Shown here: positions 1-9,843 of the stretch, one piece after another
Layout of the letters: every line of letters begins with the position of its first letter
Position numbering within the stretch: position 1 is the stretch's first letter
Origin: Candidatus Omnitrophota bacterium
GTDB taxonomy: Bacteria; Omnitrophota; Gorgyraeia; JAFGHF01
NCBI GenBank assembly: GCA_043805735.1
Contig: JAZDHS010000032.1
Coordinates: forward strand, 1 to 57,733
Direction: 5' to 3'
DNA: 57,733 nucleotides
Program-made: the position numbers and the translations under genes
The notes under the pieces: generated by a model
What the model saw: only the letters and a program-made list of their open reading frames with translations
The model's database searches: none
What the model was told of the DNA's origin: nothing

Positions 1-1880
1 CGCGCACCGTGGTTGAATGTCCCGGCGCAATGTTCATCCAGAAGATTTTGGATATACTCTTTTTTAAAATAACCGCGGCCAATGCTTCTGGGCTCCAAAA
101 GCACCTGGTAAGAAAAGTCTTTTAAGTCCTGGCGAAACCATTTGTCTAAAGGCACGCCAAAGCCCATCTTCTTCCGCTTTAAGATATCCGGCGGAATAAT
201 ATCCTTAACTACCTCTTTTAAAATATGTTTCGGTTTCAAAAAGTGCAATTTATAGTGCATCGGCAGCGAGGCGGTGAATTCCATCAGTTCATGGTCTAAA
301 AACGGCGAGCGCGCCTCCAGGGCGTGGGCCATCGTGGCAATATCCATCTTTACTAAAAGATCCTCGGGGAGATAACTATTAATATCCACTTCCATCGCTT
401 TTTCCGCCGGGTCGGACAATCGCGAATGCCGCGCTAAATCTAAAATATAGGTATAGACATCTTCGTTTAAGCGGGCCTTAAAATCATCGCGGTAAAGCTC
501 CTGTTTATGGATATCCTGAAAATAACTGACCCAGCTGATATAGCGGCGCCACTGATCGGAATAATTGCGCAGGCCCATCAACAACCCTTCAATATAACGC
601 GGGGTGGCCCGCACGCCGGCAACATTCATCACCACCTGGGCCATCCGGTTAAATAGATTGCGGTCGGTTTTGAACAGGCTGATTAAGAGGTTAATCAGCG
701 GGCGGGGCAGGTATTCCAGCGGTTTTCCGATCCGCAGGCCCCGGTAACGTTCATATCCGGCCAGCGACTCATCTCCGCCGTCGCCGTTAAGCGCCACGGG
801 GACAAATTCGCGGGTCAATTTGGCCAGATAATAGGTGGGAATAGAGGAGGAATCGCCAAAGGGCTCGTTGTAATGCCAGACTAATTTATTGAGCACCTCA
901 AAGGCGTTGGGCCGGACCACAAATTCGTGGTGCTCCGTGCCGTAACGCTTGGCTACCTGGCGGGCGAACTCCACTTCGCTATAATCGGCTTCCTCGAAGC
1001 CAATTGTAAATGTCTTGACCGGGGTTTTAAAAAACGAGCTCATCACGGCCACGACCGAACTGGAATCCATGCCGCCGCTTAAAAAGGCCCCTAAGGGCAC
1101 GTCGCTGATTAAACGCAGCTTCACCGACTCAGCCAGGAGGCTTTTAAAGCGGTCTTTGGCTTCGCCAAAAGACAGCGCGCGCTTGCGGTAAGTAATTTGC
1201 CAATACCTTTTGGTAGTCAGGCCATTTTTATCCAAAAGTAAAATATGCGCGGGGGGCAGCTTTTTGATGCCTTTGAGAATTGATTGCGGGCTAGGGATAT
1301 AACCGTAGGTCAAATAATAATTAATCGCGTTATTATCGATTTGGCGCGGGAGGTCATGCTGTAAGAGCGCCTTGATCTCCGAGGCAAAGAAAAAGTTCTT
1401 TCCGTCATAGTAGTAGGCCAGGGGCTTCTTCCCTACCCGGTCGCGGGCCAGGAAGAGCCTTTCCTTATTATTATCCCAGAGCGCGAAGGCAAACATCCCG
1501 CGCAGCTTCTCTACGCATTCCGGGCCATACTCCTCATAAAGGTGGAGAATAACCTCGGTATCGCTTCTGGTCTGGAAGCGATGGCCGCGGGTGAGCAGCT
1601 CCTCTTTGAGTAACAGGAAATTATAAATCTCTCCGTTAAAGACAATCCAGAGCGAGGAGTCTTCGTTGGTCATCGGCTGATGGCCGGTATTTAAATCGAT
1701 AATACTTAAGCGCCGGTGCCCTAAGGCCGTCTGCGCCGGGCTCTGCGGCCGGGCCGTAGCGGATAGATATATCCCTTCATCATCCGGCCCGCGATGGGCG
1801 AGTGAGTCGATCATCCGCTTAATTAACGCGGCATCAGCTTTTTCGCCGCGAAAGTTACAGCTTCCCGCTATCCCACACAT
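1..1880 (-). CDS. asnB: Asparagine synthase (glutamine-hydrolysing), C-terminal end cut by window edge
   Basis: Not in the ORF track because its stop lies left of the window. The reverse complement from ATG 1880 reads MCGIAGSCNFRGEKADAALIKRMIDSLAHRGPDDEGIYLS..., with the Cys2 Ntn-amidotransferase start typical of AsnB. The first 51 bases of the window, read in the same frame, also give open sequence (IQNLLDEHCAGTFNHGA); I did not translate the interior. The ATG overlaps the stop of 1868..2602. Confidence 0.85.
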   Translation of the reverse strand, partial: MCGIAGSCNFRGEKADAALIKRMIDSLAHRGPDDEGIYLSATARPQSPAQTALGHRRLSIIDLNTGHQPMTNEDSSLWIVFNGEIYNFLLLKEELLTRGHRFQTRSDTEVILHLYEEYGPECVEKLRGMFAFALWDNNKERLFLARDRVGKKPLAYYYDGKNFFFASEIKALLQHDLPRQIDNNAINYYLTYGYIPSPQSILKGIKKLPPAHILLLDKNGLTTKRYWQITYRKRALSFGEAKDRFKSLLAESVKLRLISDVPLGAFLSGGMDSSSVVAVMSSFFKTPVKTFTIGFEEADYSEVEFARQVAKRYGTEHHEFVVRPNAFEVLNKLVWHYNEPFGDSSSIPTYYLAKLTREFVPVALNGDGGDESLAGYERYRGLRIGKPLEYLPRPLINLLISLFKTDRNLFNRMAQVVMNVAGVRATPRYIEGLLMGLRNYSDQWRRYISWVSYFQDIHKQELYRDDFKARLNEDVYTYILDLARHSRLSDPAEKAMEVDINSYLPEDLLVKMDIATMAHALEARSPFLDHELMEFTASLPMHYKLHFLKPKHILKEVVKDIIPPDILKRKKMGFGVPLDKWFRQDLKDFSYQVLLEPRSIGRGYFKKEYIQNLLDEHCAGTFNHGA

Positions 1881-2602
1881 TGGTTTCTCATTTCCGCGCT
1901 GACAATGATCGCCTCGGAAATCTCGCGCATGCTTTTGCGGCTGTCCATGCTGTACTTACGAATGCGCTCATAGGCATCCTGCTCGCTTAAGCCCTCCTGC
2001 TTCATTAAAATACCCTTAGCCCTCTCAATCATCTTGCGCGACTCCAGCTCTTCGCGGATGACTTTAGACTCAATCACCAGGCGGAAATTTTCAATGACAA
2101 TCGCCGCCTGATTGGCGATCGAGCGCAGGATATTAATCTCGCTTTTGCTAAAAGGATGGGGTGTAGAGGTATAGCTATTGAGCACGCCGATAATCCGGCC
2201 CTTGACCGTTAGCGGCACGCATAAGAGCGAGCAGAGTTTTTCTTTTTTGGCAATTTCTCTGTTGAGGAAGCGCCCATCCTCGCGTACATCCAGGACGGTA
2301 ATCGGTTTTCCACCCTGAGCCACTTTTCCGGCCAGACCATCGCCCAATTTAATATTCGCCTTTTTGTTATAGGCCTCACTAATCGACTGGGTAGCTTTAA
2401 CTTCGAGCTCGCCGTTTTTATTGATCAGCAAAAGCGAACAGATTTTTGAGCCCATTACCTCCGCGGTCACGCTGACAATTAGTTTGAGAATATCTTCCAA
2501 ATAAAGGTCAGAGGTCACCGCCTCGCTAATCTTAGTCAAGGCCTCGATGACGTTTTTACCGTTTACGTTTTCCGCGCTGGGCGGTTTATCTTTTTTGGCC
2601 AT
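1868..2602 (-). CDS. GAF domain / ANTAR RNA-binding antiterminator-type regulator
   Basis: 244 aa. The N-terminal two thirds are GAF-like. The C-terminus carries an ANTAR pattern (ELESRKMIERAKGILMKQEGLSEQDAYERIRKYSMDSRKSMREISEAII). Confidence 0.8.
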   Translation of the reverse strand: MAKKDKPPSAENVNGKNVIEALTKISEAVTSDLYLEDILKLIVSVTAEVMGSKICSLLLINKNGELEVKATQSISEAYNKKANIKLGDGLAGKVAQGGKPITVLDVREDGRFLNREIAKKEKLCSLLCVPLTVKGRIIGVLNSYTSTPHPFSKSEINILRSIANQAAIVIENFRLVIESKVIREELESRKMIERAKGILMKQEGLSEQDAYERIRKYSMDSRKSMREISEAIIVSAEMRNQCVG

Positions 2603-2671
2603 AGTTATATCTACCCTATTTCTTCCTTAAGTGGTTATACCAGAGAATACCCCGAAAAGTCAATCCCCTGG

Positions 2672-3598
2672 TCAACCTTGATACAAGCGGCCTTGAAATT
2701 TTCCGGACGCGTTCAATAATGTATCGATTTTTTGCAGCACACTATTTTTATCCGCGAGCCACTGCGGGGCAACCAGAAAATCAGCCGGGGCATCGGCGCT
2801 GATTCTCTGTACCACTGTCTGCGGCCATAAGTATTCCAAAAAGTCTACGGCCAGGGCGGCATACTCGTCCAAGGCCATCGGGGAATACTCACCAGCCTTA
2901 AACATCCGCTCTAGTTTTGTTCCTTTTAACACATGCAAGGGATGAATTTTGACCGCGTCAACCCGCAGGCGCGCCAGTTCCTTGGCAGTGTCGAGCATAT
3001 CCGCCTGAGATTCTCCGGGCAGGCCCAGGATTACATGCACGCATACTTTGATCGCTTTTCTCTGCTGGATTTGGGCATAGGCATCGAGGAACTGCTGGTA
3101 GCTGTGGCCGCGGTTAATCAGCCCCAATGTTTTATCGTGGATGCTCTGCAGGCCCAGTTCCAGCCAAACTTCATAGTCGCCGGCATAACTCTCAATTAAA
3201 TCCAGGACTTCGGCGTTAAGGCAATCCGGCCGCGTGCCGATGGCAATGGCGGCAATATTATAAAATGAGCGCACGACATCATACTTTTCGCGTAATTCCG
3301 CAAGCGGAGCGTAGGTATTGGTGTAGGCCTGGAAATAGATAATAAATTTCTCGGCCTTAAAGCGCTGTATCCCGGCCTCCACCCCTTTTTTAATCTGGTC
3401 GCGGATCGATTTTTCCGGTAGGCGGGCGTGCAGGCTAAAACCCTGGTTATTGCAGAAAATGCAGCCATCGCTACCGGTAGTGCCATCACGATTAGGGCAG
3501 GAAAACCCGGCGTCAATACTGACCTTATGCACCCGACAGCCAAAGCGTTCCTGCAGGTAATCGGAGAACTTGTAATATGGTCTATGTAGCTCTTCCAT
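2672..3598 (-). CDS. TIGR01212-family radical SAM protein
   Basis: Cluster motif CPNRDGTTGSDGCIFCNN. Start moved to M19 (ATG 3598), which has AGGGAG 6 nt upstream and removes the overlap with mnmG. Confidence 0.8.
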   Translation of the reverse strand: MEELHRPYYKFSDYLQERFGCRVHKVSIDAGFSCPNRDGTTGSDGCIFCNNQGFSLHARLPEKSIRDQIKKGVEAGIQRFKAEKFIIYFQAYTNTYAPLAELREKYDVVRSFYNIAAIAIGTRPDCLNAEVLDLIESYAGDYEVWLELGLQSIHDKTLGLINRGHSYQQFLDAYAQIQQRKAIKVCVHVILGLPGESQADMLDTAKELARLRVDAVKIHPLHVLKGTKLERMFKAGEYSPMALDEYAALAVDFLEYLWPQTVVQRISADAPADFLVAPQWLADKNSVLQKIDTLLNASGKFQGRLYQG

Positions 3599-3614
3599 AC
3601 TAACTCCCTTTAAT

Positions 3615-5450
3615 TTATCCTGAATTATTATTAGAATGTTCTTTGCGTACATATACCATTAGTAGAGCCAAGGCCGCCGGAGTCACTCCGGAAATACGGT
3701 TGGCTTGGCCAAGAGTGAGCGGCCGGCACTTATTGAGCTTCTCGCGGATTTCCCGGGAAAGCGCGGTCAGGCCGGAATAATCCAAGCTTTGCGGAATCTT
3801 AATTTTTTCTAAATGCCGGAAGCTGCGCACCTCGGCAAGCTGGCGCTGGATAAAGCCGGAATACTTCGCTTCTATCTCCAGGCCCTGGAGCACATCATCA
3901 CCGGCGGCAAAAGAAAATTCCGGCCTTAAGTCGCCGACGCGTACGCCCGGGCGTTTCAGGGCGACAAAGAGGCTGACTCTTTTTTTATTTGCGTCGGTGA
4001 AGTTATGGGCCTTTAGGTACTGCAAGCCTTCGTCGATGAGCTTCTGTTTATTTTGCGTTTTTTCATACTCTTTCTTGCTGACTAATCCCAGTTCGTAGCC
4101 AAATTTACGCAACCGCCGATCGGCGTTGTCTTCGCGAAGCAGCAGGCGGTATTCCACCCGCGAGGTAAACATCCGATAGGGTTCAGGCGTACCCTTGGTA
4201 ACTAAGTCGTCAATAAGCACGCCGAGATAACTGGTCGAACGCTCTAAGGTAAAGGGCTCGCGCTTCTGGACGCGTAAGGCCGCGTTGATACCGGCAAGGA
4301 GCCCCTGCGCCGCGGCCTCCTCATAGCCGGTGGTCCCGTTGATTTGGCCGGCGAGAAACAAGTTCTTCACCAGCTTTGTCTCTAAGCTCGGGTAAAGCTG
4401 GGTCGAATCGACCACGTCATGCTCAATACCGTAACCGTAACGGTTGATTTTTACTTTTTCTAAACCAGCGATAGAATGGATAAATTCATCCTGCACCTCT
4501 TGGGGCAGGCTCGTGGAGAGGCCATTGGGATAATATTCGTCGCCTTCTCGCCCTTCGGGCTCTAAAAATATCTGATGCCGCGGATGGTGGGCGAACTTGA
4601 CCACCTTATCTTCAAATGACGGGCAATAGCGCACGCCGGTGCCGGTAATCTTGCCGCTATATAAAGGAGACTGGCCTAAATTTTTGCGGATAATTTCGTG
4701 AGTCTTTTCATCGCTATAGGTCAGATAACAGGGCTTTTGGGTAATGCCTAAGCGGTCCGTAGAAAACGAGAATGGCCTTGGCGACTGATCACCGTAGTGC
4801 GCCTCCAGGCGCGTAAAATCGATGGTCTTAGCGTCTAAGCGCGCGCAGGTACCGGTCTTAAAACGCAACATCGCAAAACCTAAATCCCGAAAGGCCTGGG
4901 CAAGCATCACGCTCGCCTGCTGTTCTTCGATGCGCCCGCCGGGAAAACTGCGCATGCCGATATGCATCAAGCCATTCAAGAAAGTGCCCGGGGTAATTAC
5001 TACCGCACCGGCTAAGATATTCTCTTCGCCCGCTAACTTTACCCCCCGGATAGAGCCATCTTCCACCATCAGCCCAGCGGCCTCTCCTTCGCGCAGCTCT
5101 AAGTTTTTCTGGCGAGAGAGCGTTTTCCGCATATAGGCGGCATAAATTTTGCGGTCTACCTGGGCCCGGGAGGACCAGACCGCCGCGCCCTTGGAAGAAT
5201 TGAGCGTCCTAAACTGAATACAGGAGGCATCGGTAGCCTTGGCCATTTCACCGCCCAGGGCGTCGAGCTCCTTGACCAATTGTCCCTTGCCAATACCGCC
5301 TACTGCCGGATTGCAGGACATCATCCCGATCGCCCGCGTATGTAACGTCAGCAGCAGTGTTTTACAACCCATCCGCGCCGCCGCCAGGGCTGCCTCCGCG
5401 CCGGCATGCCCGCCGCCAACTACAATAACGTCAACAAAATTATTTGCCAT
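3615..5450 (-). CDS. mnmG: tRNA uridine-5-carboxymethylaminomethyl modification enzyme MnmG (GidA)
   Basis: 611 aa. FAD fingerprint DVIVVGGGHAGAEAALAAARMG and a GidA-type layout along the full length. Confidence 0.93.
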   Translation of the reverse strand: MANNFVDVIVVGGGHAGAEAALAAARMGCKTLLLTLHTRAIGMMSCNPAVGGIGKGQLVKELDALGGEMAKATDASCIQFRTLNSSKGAAVWSSRAQVDRKIYAAYMRKTLSRQKNLELREGEAAGLMVEDGSIRGVKLAGEENILAGAVVITPGTFLNGLMHIGMRSFPGGRIEEQQASVMLAQAFRDLGFAMLRFKTGTCARLDAKTIDFTRLEAHYGDQSPRPFSFSTDRLGITQKPCYLTYSDEKTHEIIRKNLGQSPLYSGKITGTGVRYCPSFEDKVVKFAHHPRHQIFLEPEGREGDEYYPNGLSTSLPQEVQDEFIHSIAGLEKVKINRYGYGIEHDVVDSTQLYPSLETKLVKNLFLAGQINGTTGYEEAAAQGLLAGINAALRVQKREPFTLERSTSYLGVLIDDLVTKGTPEPYRMFTSRVEYRLLLREDNADRRLRKFGYELGLVSKKEYEKTQNKQKLIDEGLQYLKAHNFTDANKKRVSLFVALKRPGVRVGDLRPEFSFAAGDDVLQGLEIEAKYSGFIQRQLAEVRSFRHLEKIKIPQSLDYSGLTALSREIREKLNKCRPLTLGQANRISGVTPAALALLMVYVRKEHSNNNSG

Positions 5451-5473
5451 TTTTTGAATTCCTGAAGTATCGA

Positions 5474-5508
5474 ATAAAAAAGGACGGCAAGATAGTTAAA
5501 TACCGTCC
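5474..5508 (-). terminator. Rho-independent terminator closing the pilus operon
   Basis: Minus sense: GGACGG, a 15 nt loop, CCGTCC, then TTTTTTATTCG. It begins 22 nt after the stop of the last pilus gene. Confidence 0.6.
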
Positions 5509-5529
5509 CGATCGTTTTTCCCTGCGCTG

Positions 5530-5925
5530 TTATTCCAGGTTTAAGATAATGTCCTGTGCGCCATTGTTTAAAGTCACGCTCGCCGGTTCAATGACGGTAA
5601 CGCGCATCCCTTCAATCTGATCGCCGACATGGACTACCTCGCCGTTAACCAAGGCATAGGGTTGCTGCGCGTCCCAGACAATCCCAGCCAGGCTAAAGTG
5701 GACTTTCGCCCCCCGCTCTTGCTCCGGCCAAATAAAGGGGCTGCGGCCCCATTGCGTAAATTTTGTCCCCTCGCGGGCAAGCAGCTTGACTTCCGTTAAC
5801 GCTACTGAAGAAAAGGCATTTGCCTCCTGGCCCGCCGGCTGGCTTTTTTTACCCTTAGGCAGCCAAATGATTAAGGCCGCTAGGCCCAAAAATGCCAAAA
5901 GTAAAATTTTTTTATTTTTGCCCAT
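5530..5925 (-). CDS. Pilus-operon membrane-anchored protein (PilP-like by position; family not certain)
   Basis: N-terminal TM anchor KKILLLAFLGLAALIIW and a beta-rich C-terminal domain. It is the last gene after pilO. Start set at M10 (ATG 5925), overlapping the pilO end. Confidence 0.45.
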   Translation of the reverse strand: MGKNKKILLLAFLGLAALIIWLPKGKKSQPAGQEANAFSSVALTEVKLLAREGTKFTQWGRSPFIWPEQERGAKVHFSLAGIVWDAQQPYALVNGEVVHVGDQIEGMRVTVIEPASVTLNNGAQDIILNLE

Positions 5926-6475
5926 TTTCCGCTTCCAGATAAAGGCTGACAATTACGTCCAGATCGAGCAGGTCGGCAACGCCCTTAGGACGAATCGAGA
6001 GGTTTTCTACAAAGGTAATACTGCGCGAAAAATCTTCCAGGAAAAGCAAAAAGCTTCCCATCGCTTCATAAGAACTCTCAATCTTAAAGGAAATGGGAAG
6101 CAAATCAAAATTGCCCTCGTCATAGTGAGTGGCTTCTCCGGGGGTAATCGAAATAAATTTAAGGCCCAGGCTCCTGCCTTGAGCAGTGATGTCATCAATA
6201 GCTAAAGACAAATCCTGGCGTTTGAGCAATTTTTCCGAGAGGCTGGTTTCCTTTAATGACCCGGTGCGCCGATGGATTACCTCCAGTTGACTCTGCAACA
6301 ACTGCAGTTTATGCTGGGCATCAGCCAAGCGCTTAGCCAATGGCCGGTGGGTGAGTGAGACCACCAGCGCGATAATTACGGCCGCTACCACATAGACCAC
6401 CAAACGCACCTGGCGGTCACTGAGATTCAAGCTACGCTGGATATCTCTAATCTTTGCCTCTTCCCCAGCTTTCAT
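5912..6475 (-). CDS. pilO: Type IV pilus assembly protein PilO-like
   Basis: One TM helix (VVYVVAAVIIALVV), a coiled coil and a C-terminal domain. ATGA overlap with the pilMN stop. Gene order is pilM-N-O. Confidence 0.65.
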   Translation of the reverse strand: MKAGEEAKIRDIQRSLNLSDRQVRLVVYVVAAVIIALVVSLTHRPLAKRLADAQHKLQLLQSQLEVIHRRTGSLKETSLSEKLLKRQDLSLAIDDITAQGRSLGLKFISITPGEATHYDEGNFDLLPISFKIESSYEAMGSFLLFLEDFSRSITFVENLSIRPKGVADLLDLDVIVSLYLEAENGQK

Positions 6476-8082
6476 TTTACCTCTAATCGTAATTCAAAAA
6501 TATACGGTTCTTGGGGTGTGGCCCCTTTTTTGGTGGTCACTAATTTTACGTCCTTAAAAATACCTTTACTCAACGCGTTCATGCACTCTGTGAGCGCCTT
6601 TTCTTCAGAAGCACCTTCGGCCTTAATTTCGCCGTGTAGGGAAATAGTTTTTTTCTGAGCAATCAGTGAGGTCAGGCGGATCTGCGGCGGGGTGCAATTA
6701 CCCAGTTCCTTGAAGACGTCGCTCCAATAGACGCGCTGGTTGAGCACGCCCATCAGATAGGACTGCCGTTCCATCTGGCCCAGGCGCGGTGAAAGCGCCT
6801 TTAATTCCAATTCGGCGGCGGCCAGGCGCTGATTATCGGTGGTGAGTTTAATCTGCATCCCAATATAGGTGAGAACCAGGATCGCGATACCGGCCGCTAC
6901 CAGGGCCTTGATTGAGGAACGCGTAATGAACAGTTTAGTCTGCTCTTTAATTTCTTTAGGGAGAATATTCACCGCGTCTTTGTCGCATAAGGCTACGCCA
7001 ATCCCTTGAGCGAAGCGGTGCGCTTGAGGCGCGTTATTTTCCAATAGATACGGCGTGCTGGCCGTCAGAGTCACAAACGGGTTGCCCAGCTCCACCGGGA
7101 TTTCTAAGTGCTGGCTCAAATATTTAGTTAAGCCTTTTAAGGCGCTTCCTCCCCCCAGAAGAACCAGGCGCTCGGGCTTACTGCCGTGTTCTTTTTCCCG
7201 GTAAAAATCAAAGGAACGCTCCAGCTCCTCGGCAAATTTTTCCACATTCGGCCGGAGCAGCGAAAGCAGTTGCCCGCCGGTAATCTTTCCCTCCAGCAAT
7301 TCCGGAGAAGCGCTCTCGGGAATACCGTATTTTTTCTTAATCGCCTCGGCCTCTGCAAAGCTTAATTGCAGCCGGCCGTGCTCCGAAACTAACACCTGTG
7401 TAATATCCTTGGTAAAATTTTCACCCGCCAGCGGTAACTTACGGCTAAAAACCAGTTGCTCGCCTTGAAAGATGAGTAACTCGCTAAAGGAATATCCGAT
7501 ATCCAAAATAGCGACCGGTTTATATTTTTCGCCGCCAAAAGCCGAAATGAGGGTTTGCAGGGTAAAGCCGGCCTGGGCAAACATCGCCGGGGCAATCCCC
7601 GCCTGCGTAAATAAGTTGAGATACTCATTTACTGTTGACTGCGGAGAGCAAGCCACGGCTACTTTAAGTTTTTTGGCCCCACCGTCACTGACCTGCTGTA
7701 ATACTGCGTAATCCAGCGCGGCCTCTTCAGGAGGGAAAGAGATAGAATCCTTCATTTCCCAGCGCAGGGCCTGGGCGATTTCGGTCTTGGGCATAAAGGG
7801 GAGCGTAACAATGCGGGAGCAACTGCGCGGGCAATTAATCACCGCGCGCACCTGCTTGCCTTGAAAGTTAATCTCCTTGTTTAATTCCTTGAGCGCGTCC
7901 AGCTGGGCAACAAGGGTATCTTTCTGCAAATCCAAATCTTTTAAAATCAGCCGGGTGAGTTGCCTCGCCCCTTGCTTACGGGTGAATTGCACCAGTTTAA
8001 TGGCTGAGGTGCCAATATCCAGGCCAACAATGTCATCCTGGCCGGAAAATAATCCGGCTATTTTAGGAAGGGCTTGTGCCAT
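6472..8082 (-). CDS. PilM-PilN fusion protein (type IV pilus inner-membrane alignment subcomplex)
   Basis: Actin-like ATPase start GLDIGTSAIKLVQF (PilM), followed in the same ORF by a PilN-type segment AVNILPKEIKE plus TM helix ALVAAGIAILVLTYIG. Start set at M43 (ATG 8082), 19 nt after the pilin stop; the 42 upstream codons in the track overlap the pilin gene. Confidence 0.8.
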   Translation of the reverse strand: MAQALPKIAGLFSGQDDIVGLDIGTSAIKLVQFTRKQGARQLTRLILKDLDLQKDTLVAQLDALKELNKEINFQGKQVRAVINCPRSCSRIVTLPFMPKTEIAQALRWEMKDSISFPPEEAALDYAVLQQVSDGGAKKLKVAVACSPQSTVNEYLNLFTQAGIAPAMFAQAGFTLQTLISAFGGEKYKPVAILDIGYSFSELLIFQGEQLVFSRKLPLAGENFTKDITQVLVSEHGRLQLSFAEAEAIKKKYGIPESASPELLEGKITGGQLLSLLRPNVEKFAEELERSFDFYREKEHGSKPERLVLLGGGSALKGLTKYLSQHLEIPVELGNPFVTLTASTPYLLENNAPQAHRFAQGIGVALCDKDAVNILPKEIKEQTKLFITRSSIKALVAAGIAILVLTYIGMQIKLTTDNQRLAAAELELKALSPRLGQMERQSYLMGVLNQRVYWSDVFKELGNCTPPQIRLTSLIAQKKTISLHGEIKAEGASEEKALTECMNALSKGIFKDVKLVTTKKGATPQEPYIFELRLEVK

Positions 8083-8101
8083 TTTTATATTTCTTCTTAG
8101 A

Positions 8102-8566
8102 TTAGAAACCACCGGTACCACTGGTGCCGTTGGAGATATAGATATCGTCGTCGGGAGTGCCCTGAATTCCTCCAGCGCCACTAATTCCGGTAACGTCCGC
8201 TGCGCCATCAGGACCGACCGAGAAAATTACGTAGTAGTCCGAGTTAGTCCCGGCATCGGTCGCGTAGCGATATTCGTTGGCCGCATCGAACGGGTCGTCC
8301 AAGGCTACCCCGATAATTTGTGGGCTGGCGCTGGTAATATCCGACTGCCAAGTAGTCAGTACTGCCGCGGATTGGCTGGGATATTGACGGCTGTTGTGAA
8401 TATAGTAGGATTCCACGGCTGCGGCTAAACCGCGCAACTCACCAGCGGCCTTGGCGACATTACCTTCCTCCTGCATACCTCTAAAACGAGGAAGGGCGAT
8501 ACCAATTAAAATGGCGATTACCGTAATTACAATCAAAAGCTCAACGATGGTAAAACCGCGTTTCAT
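8102..8566 (-). CDS. Type IV pilin / pseudopilin with prepilin N-terminal methylation motif
   Basis: MKRGFTIVELLIVITVIAILIGIALP: G/F cleavage site, Glu5 and a hydrophobic helix. SD AAGGAGGG lies upstream. The Gly-rich C-terminus has no Cys pair. Confidence 0.88.
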   Translation of the reverse strand: MKRGFTIVELLIVITVIAILIGIALPRFRGMQEEGNVAKAAGELRGLAAAVESYYIHNSRQYPSQSAAVLTTWQSDITSASPQIIGVALDDPFDAANEYRYATDAGTNSDYYVIFSVGPDGAADVTGISGAGGIQGTPDDDIYISNGTSGTGGF

Positions 8567-8627
8567 CTGTACCCTCCTTTTGGTTATTGTTCTATTTTAC
8601 AAACATTCACCCCATTACGCAATAACT

Positions 8628-9842
8628 TTAATGCCGCAACAGAGTAATCATGTCAAACATCGGCAGAAGCATTGAGGCCATAATAAAAGCGACAATTGAT
8701 CCCATCACCAGTAGAAAAGCCGGCTCTAAAAGCGTAGTCAGCTTTTTAATACTGTAACCAATAGCGCGGTCGTAAAAATCACTCACCTTATTGAGCATAT
8801 CTTCTAAGGCCCCGGTTTCTTCCCCCACCGCAATCATCTGCACAATATCCAGAGGAAATTCCGCGCTCACCTTGAGCGCTGCCGCCAGGCGTTCGCCTTT
8901 TTCCGCGGCCAGGCGCATCTGGTATACCGCCTGCCCGAGTATCTCGTTATTAACTACCTCACGGACAATATCCAGGGATTGCAAGATTGGCACTCCGCTG
9001 CCGACCAGCGTAGCGAGTGTGCGCGCAAAGCGCGAGATACAGGTCCGGCGTACTAATAGGCCAATCACCGGTAATTTCAGGCTTAAGCGGTCAAAAAATA
9101 ATTTACCGTCCTTGGTAGAGGCATATTTTTTTACTAATAACCCCAGGGCAAACAGTCCGATGCCCAACCCATACCAGAACTGCTTAATAAAATTACCGGC
9201 CTTATAAAGAATAATCGTGGGTAACGGCAGTGCGATACCCGAGCGGCCAAAAATTTCCACAAATTGCGGGATCACGAAAGTGACAATAAACACAATGACC
9301 AGTGTCGCCGCGATCATTAATATCATTGGATAAAATAAGGCCCCGCGGATTTTCTGCTCTAAATCGGCCTGGGCCTCGGCAAAGGCGGCATAGCGGGCCA
9401 GCACCTTATCCAGGTTACCGCTGGCCTCTCCGGCGGCCACCATATTCACTAAAAGGCGGGGAAAGACCCGGGGATGCAGAGCGAGGCTCTGGGAGAAATT
9501 CATCCCCCCTTCAACGTTACGGCCCACGGAGGCGATAATTTCTTTAAGCCTGCGGTTTTCTATCTGCTTTTTTAACGTGTCGAGGCTCGACATAATGCTT
9601 AATCCGGAGTCGAGCATATTGGAAAGCTGCAGATTAAACATAATCATTTCTTCCGTGGAGATACGCTGGAATATTTTGCTTAAATCCTCCAGGCGGAAAG
9701 AACCGCTTGATTCGCTGATATCGACGGGTGAATAACCCATTCGGCGCAGCTTGTCGGCGACCTCCGGCTTGGCCAAGGCCTCAATTACGCCGCGGACTAA
9801 CTTTCCCGCGTTATCTCTTGCCCGGTAAAGAAAAGTAGTCAT
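8628..9842 (-). CDS. pilC: Type IV pilus platform protein PilC (GspF family)
   Basis: 404 aa with a duplicated T2SS-F architecture and three TM segments. It lies between pilB and the pilin gene. Confidence 0.88.
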   Translation of the reverse strand: MTTFLYRARDNAGKLVRGVIEALAKPEVADKLRRMGYSPVDISESSGSFRLEDLSKIFQRISTEEMIMFNLQLSNMLDSGLSIMSSLDTLKKQIENRRLKEIIASVGRNVEGGMNFSQSLALHPRVFPRLLVNMVAAGEASGNLDKVLARYAAFAEAQADLEQKIRGALFYPMILMIAATLVIVFIVTFVIPQFVEIFGRSGIALPLPTIILYKAGNFIKQFWYGLGIGLFALGLLVKKYASTKDGKLFFDRLSLKLPVIGLLVRRTCISRFARTLATLVGSGVPILQSLDIVREVVNNEILGQAVYQMRLAAEKGERLAAALKVSAEFPLDIVQMIAVGEETGALEDMLNKVSDFYDRAIGYSIKKLTTLLEPAFLLVMGSIVAFIMASMLLPMFDMITLLRH

Positions 9843-9843
9843 C

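Noticed and set aside
6472-8208. N-terminal extensions given by the ORF track for pilMN (42 codons), the radical SAM gene (18), the PilP-like gene (9), IMPase (24), the rlmD-like gene (6) and pilB (TTG).
   Set aside because: The extensions overlap the preceding gene and lack an SD. Internal ATGs with SDs or a promoter at proper spacing give N-termini that match the families.
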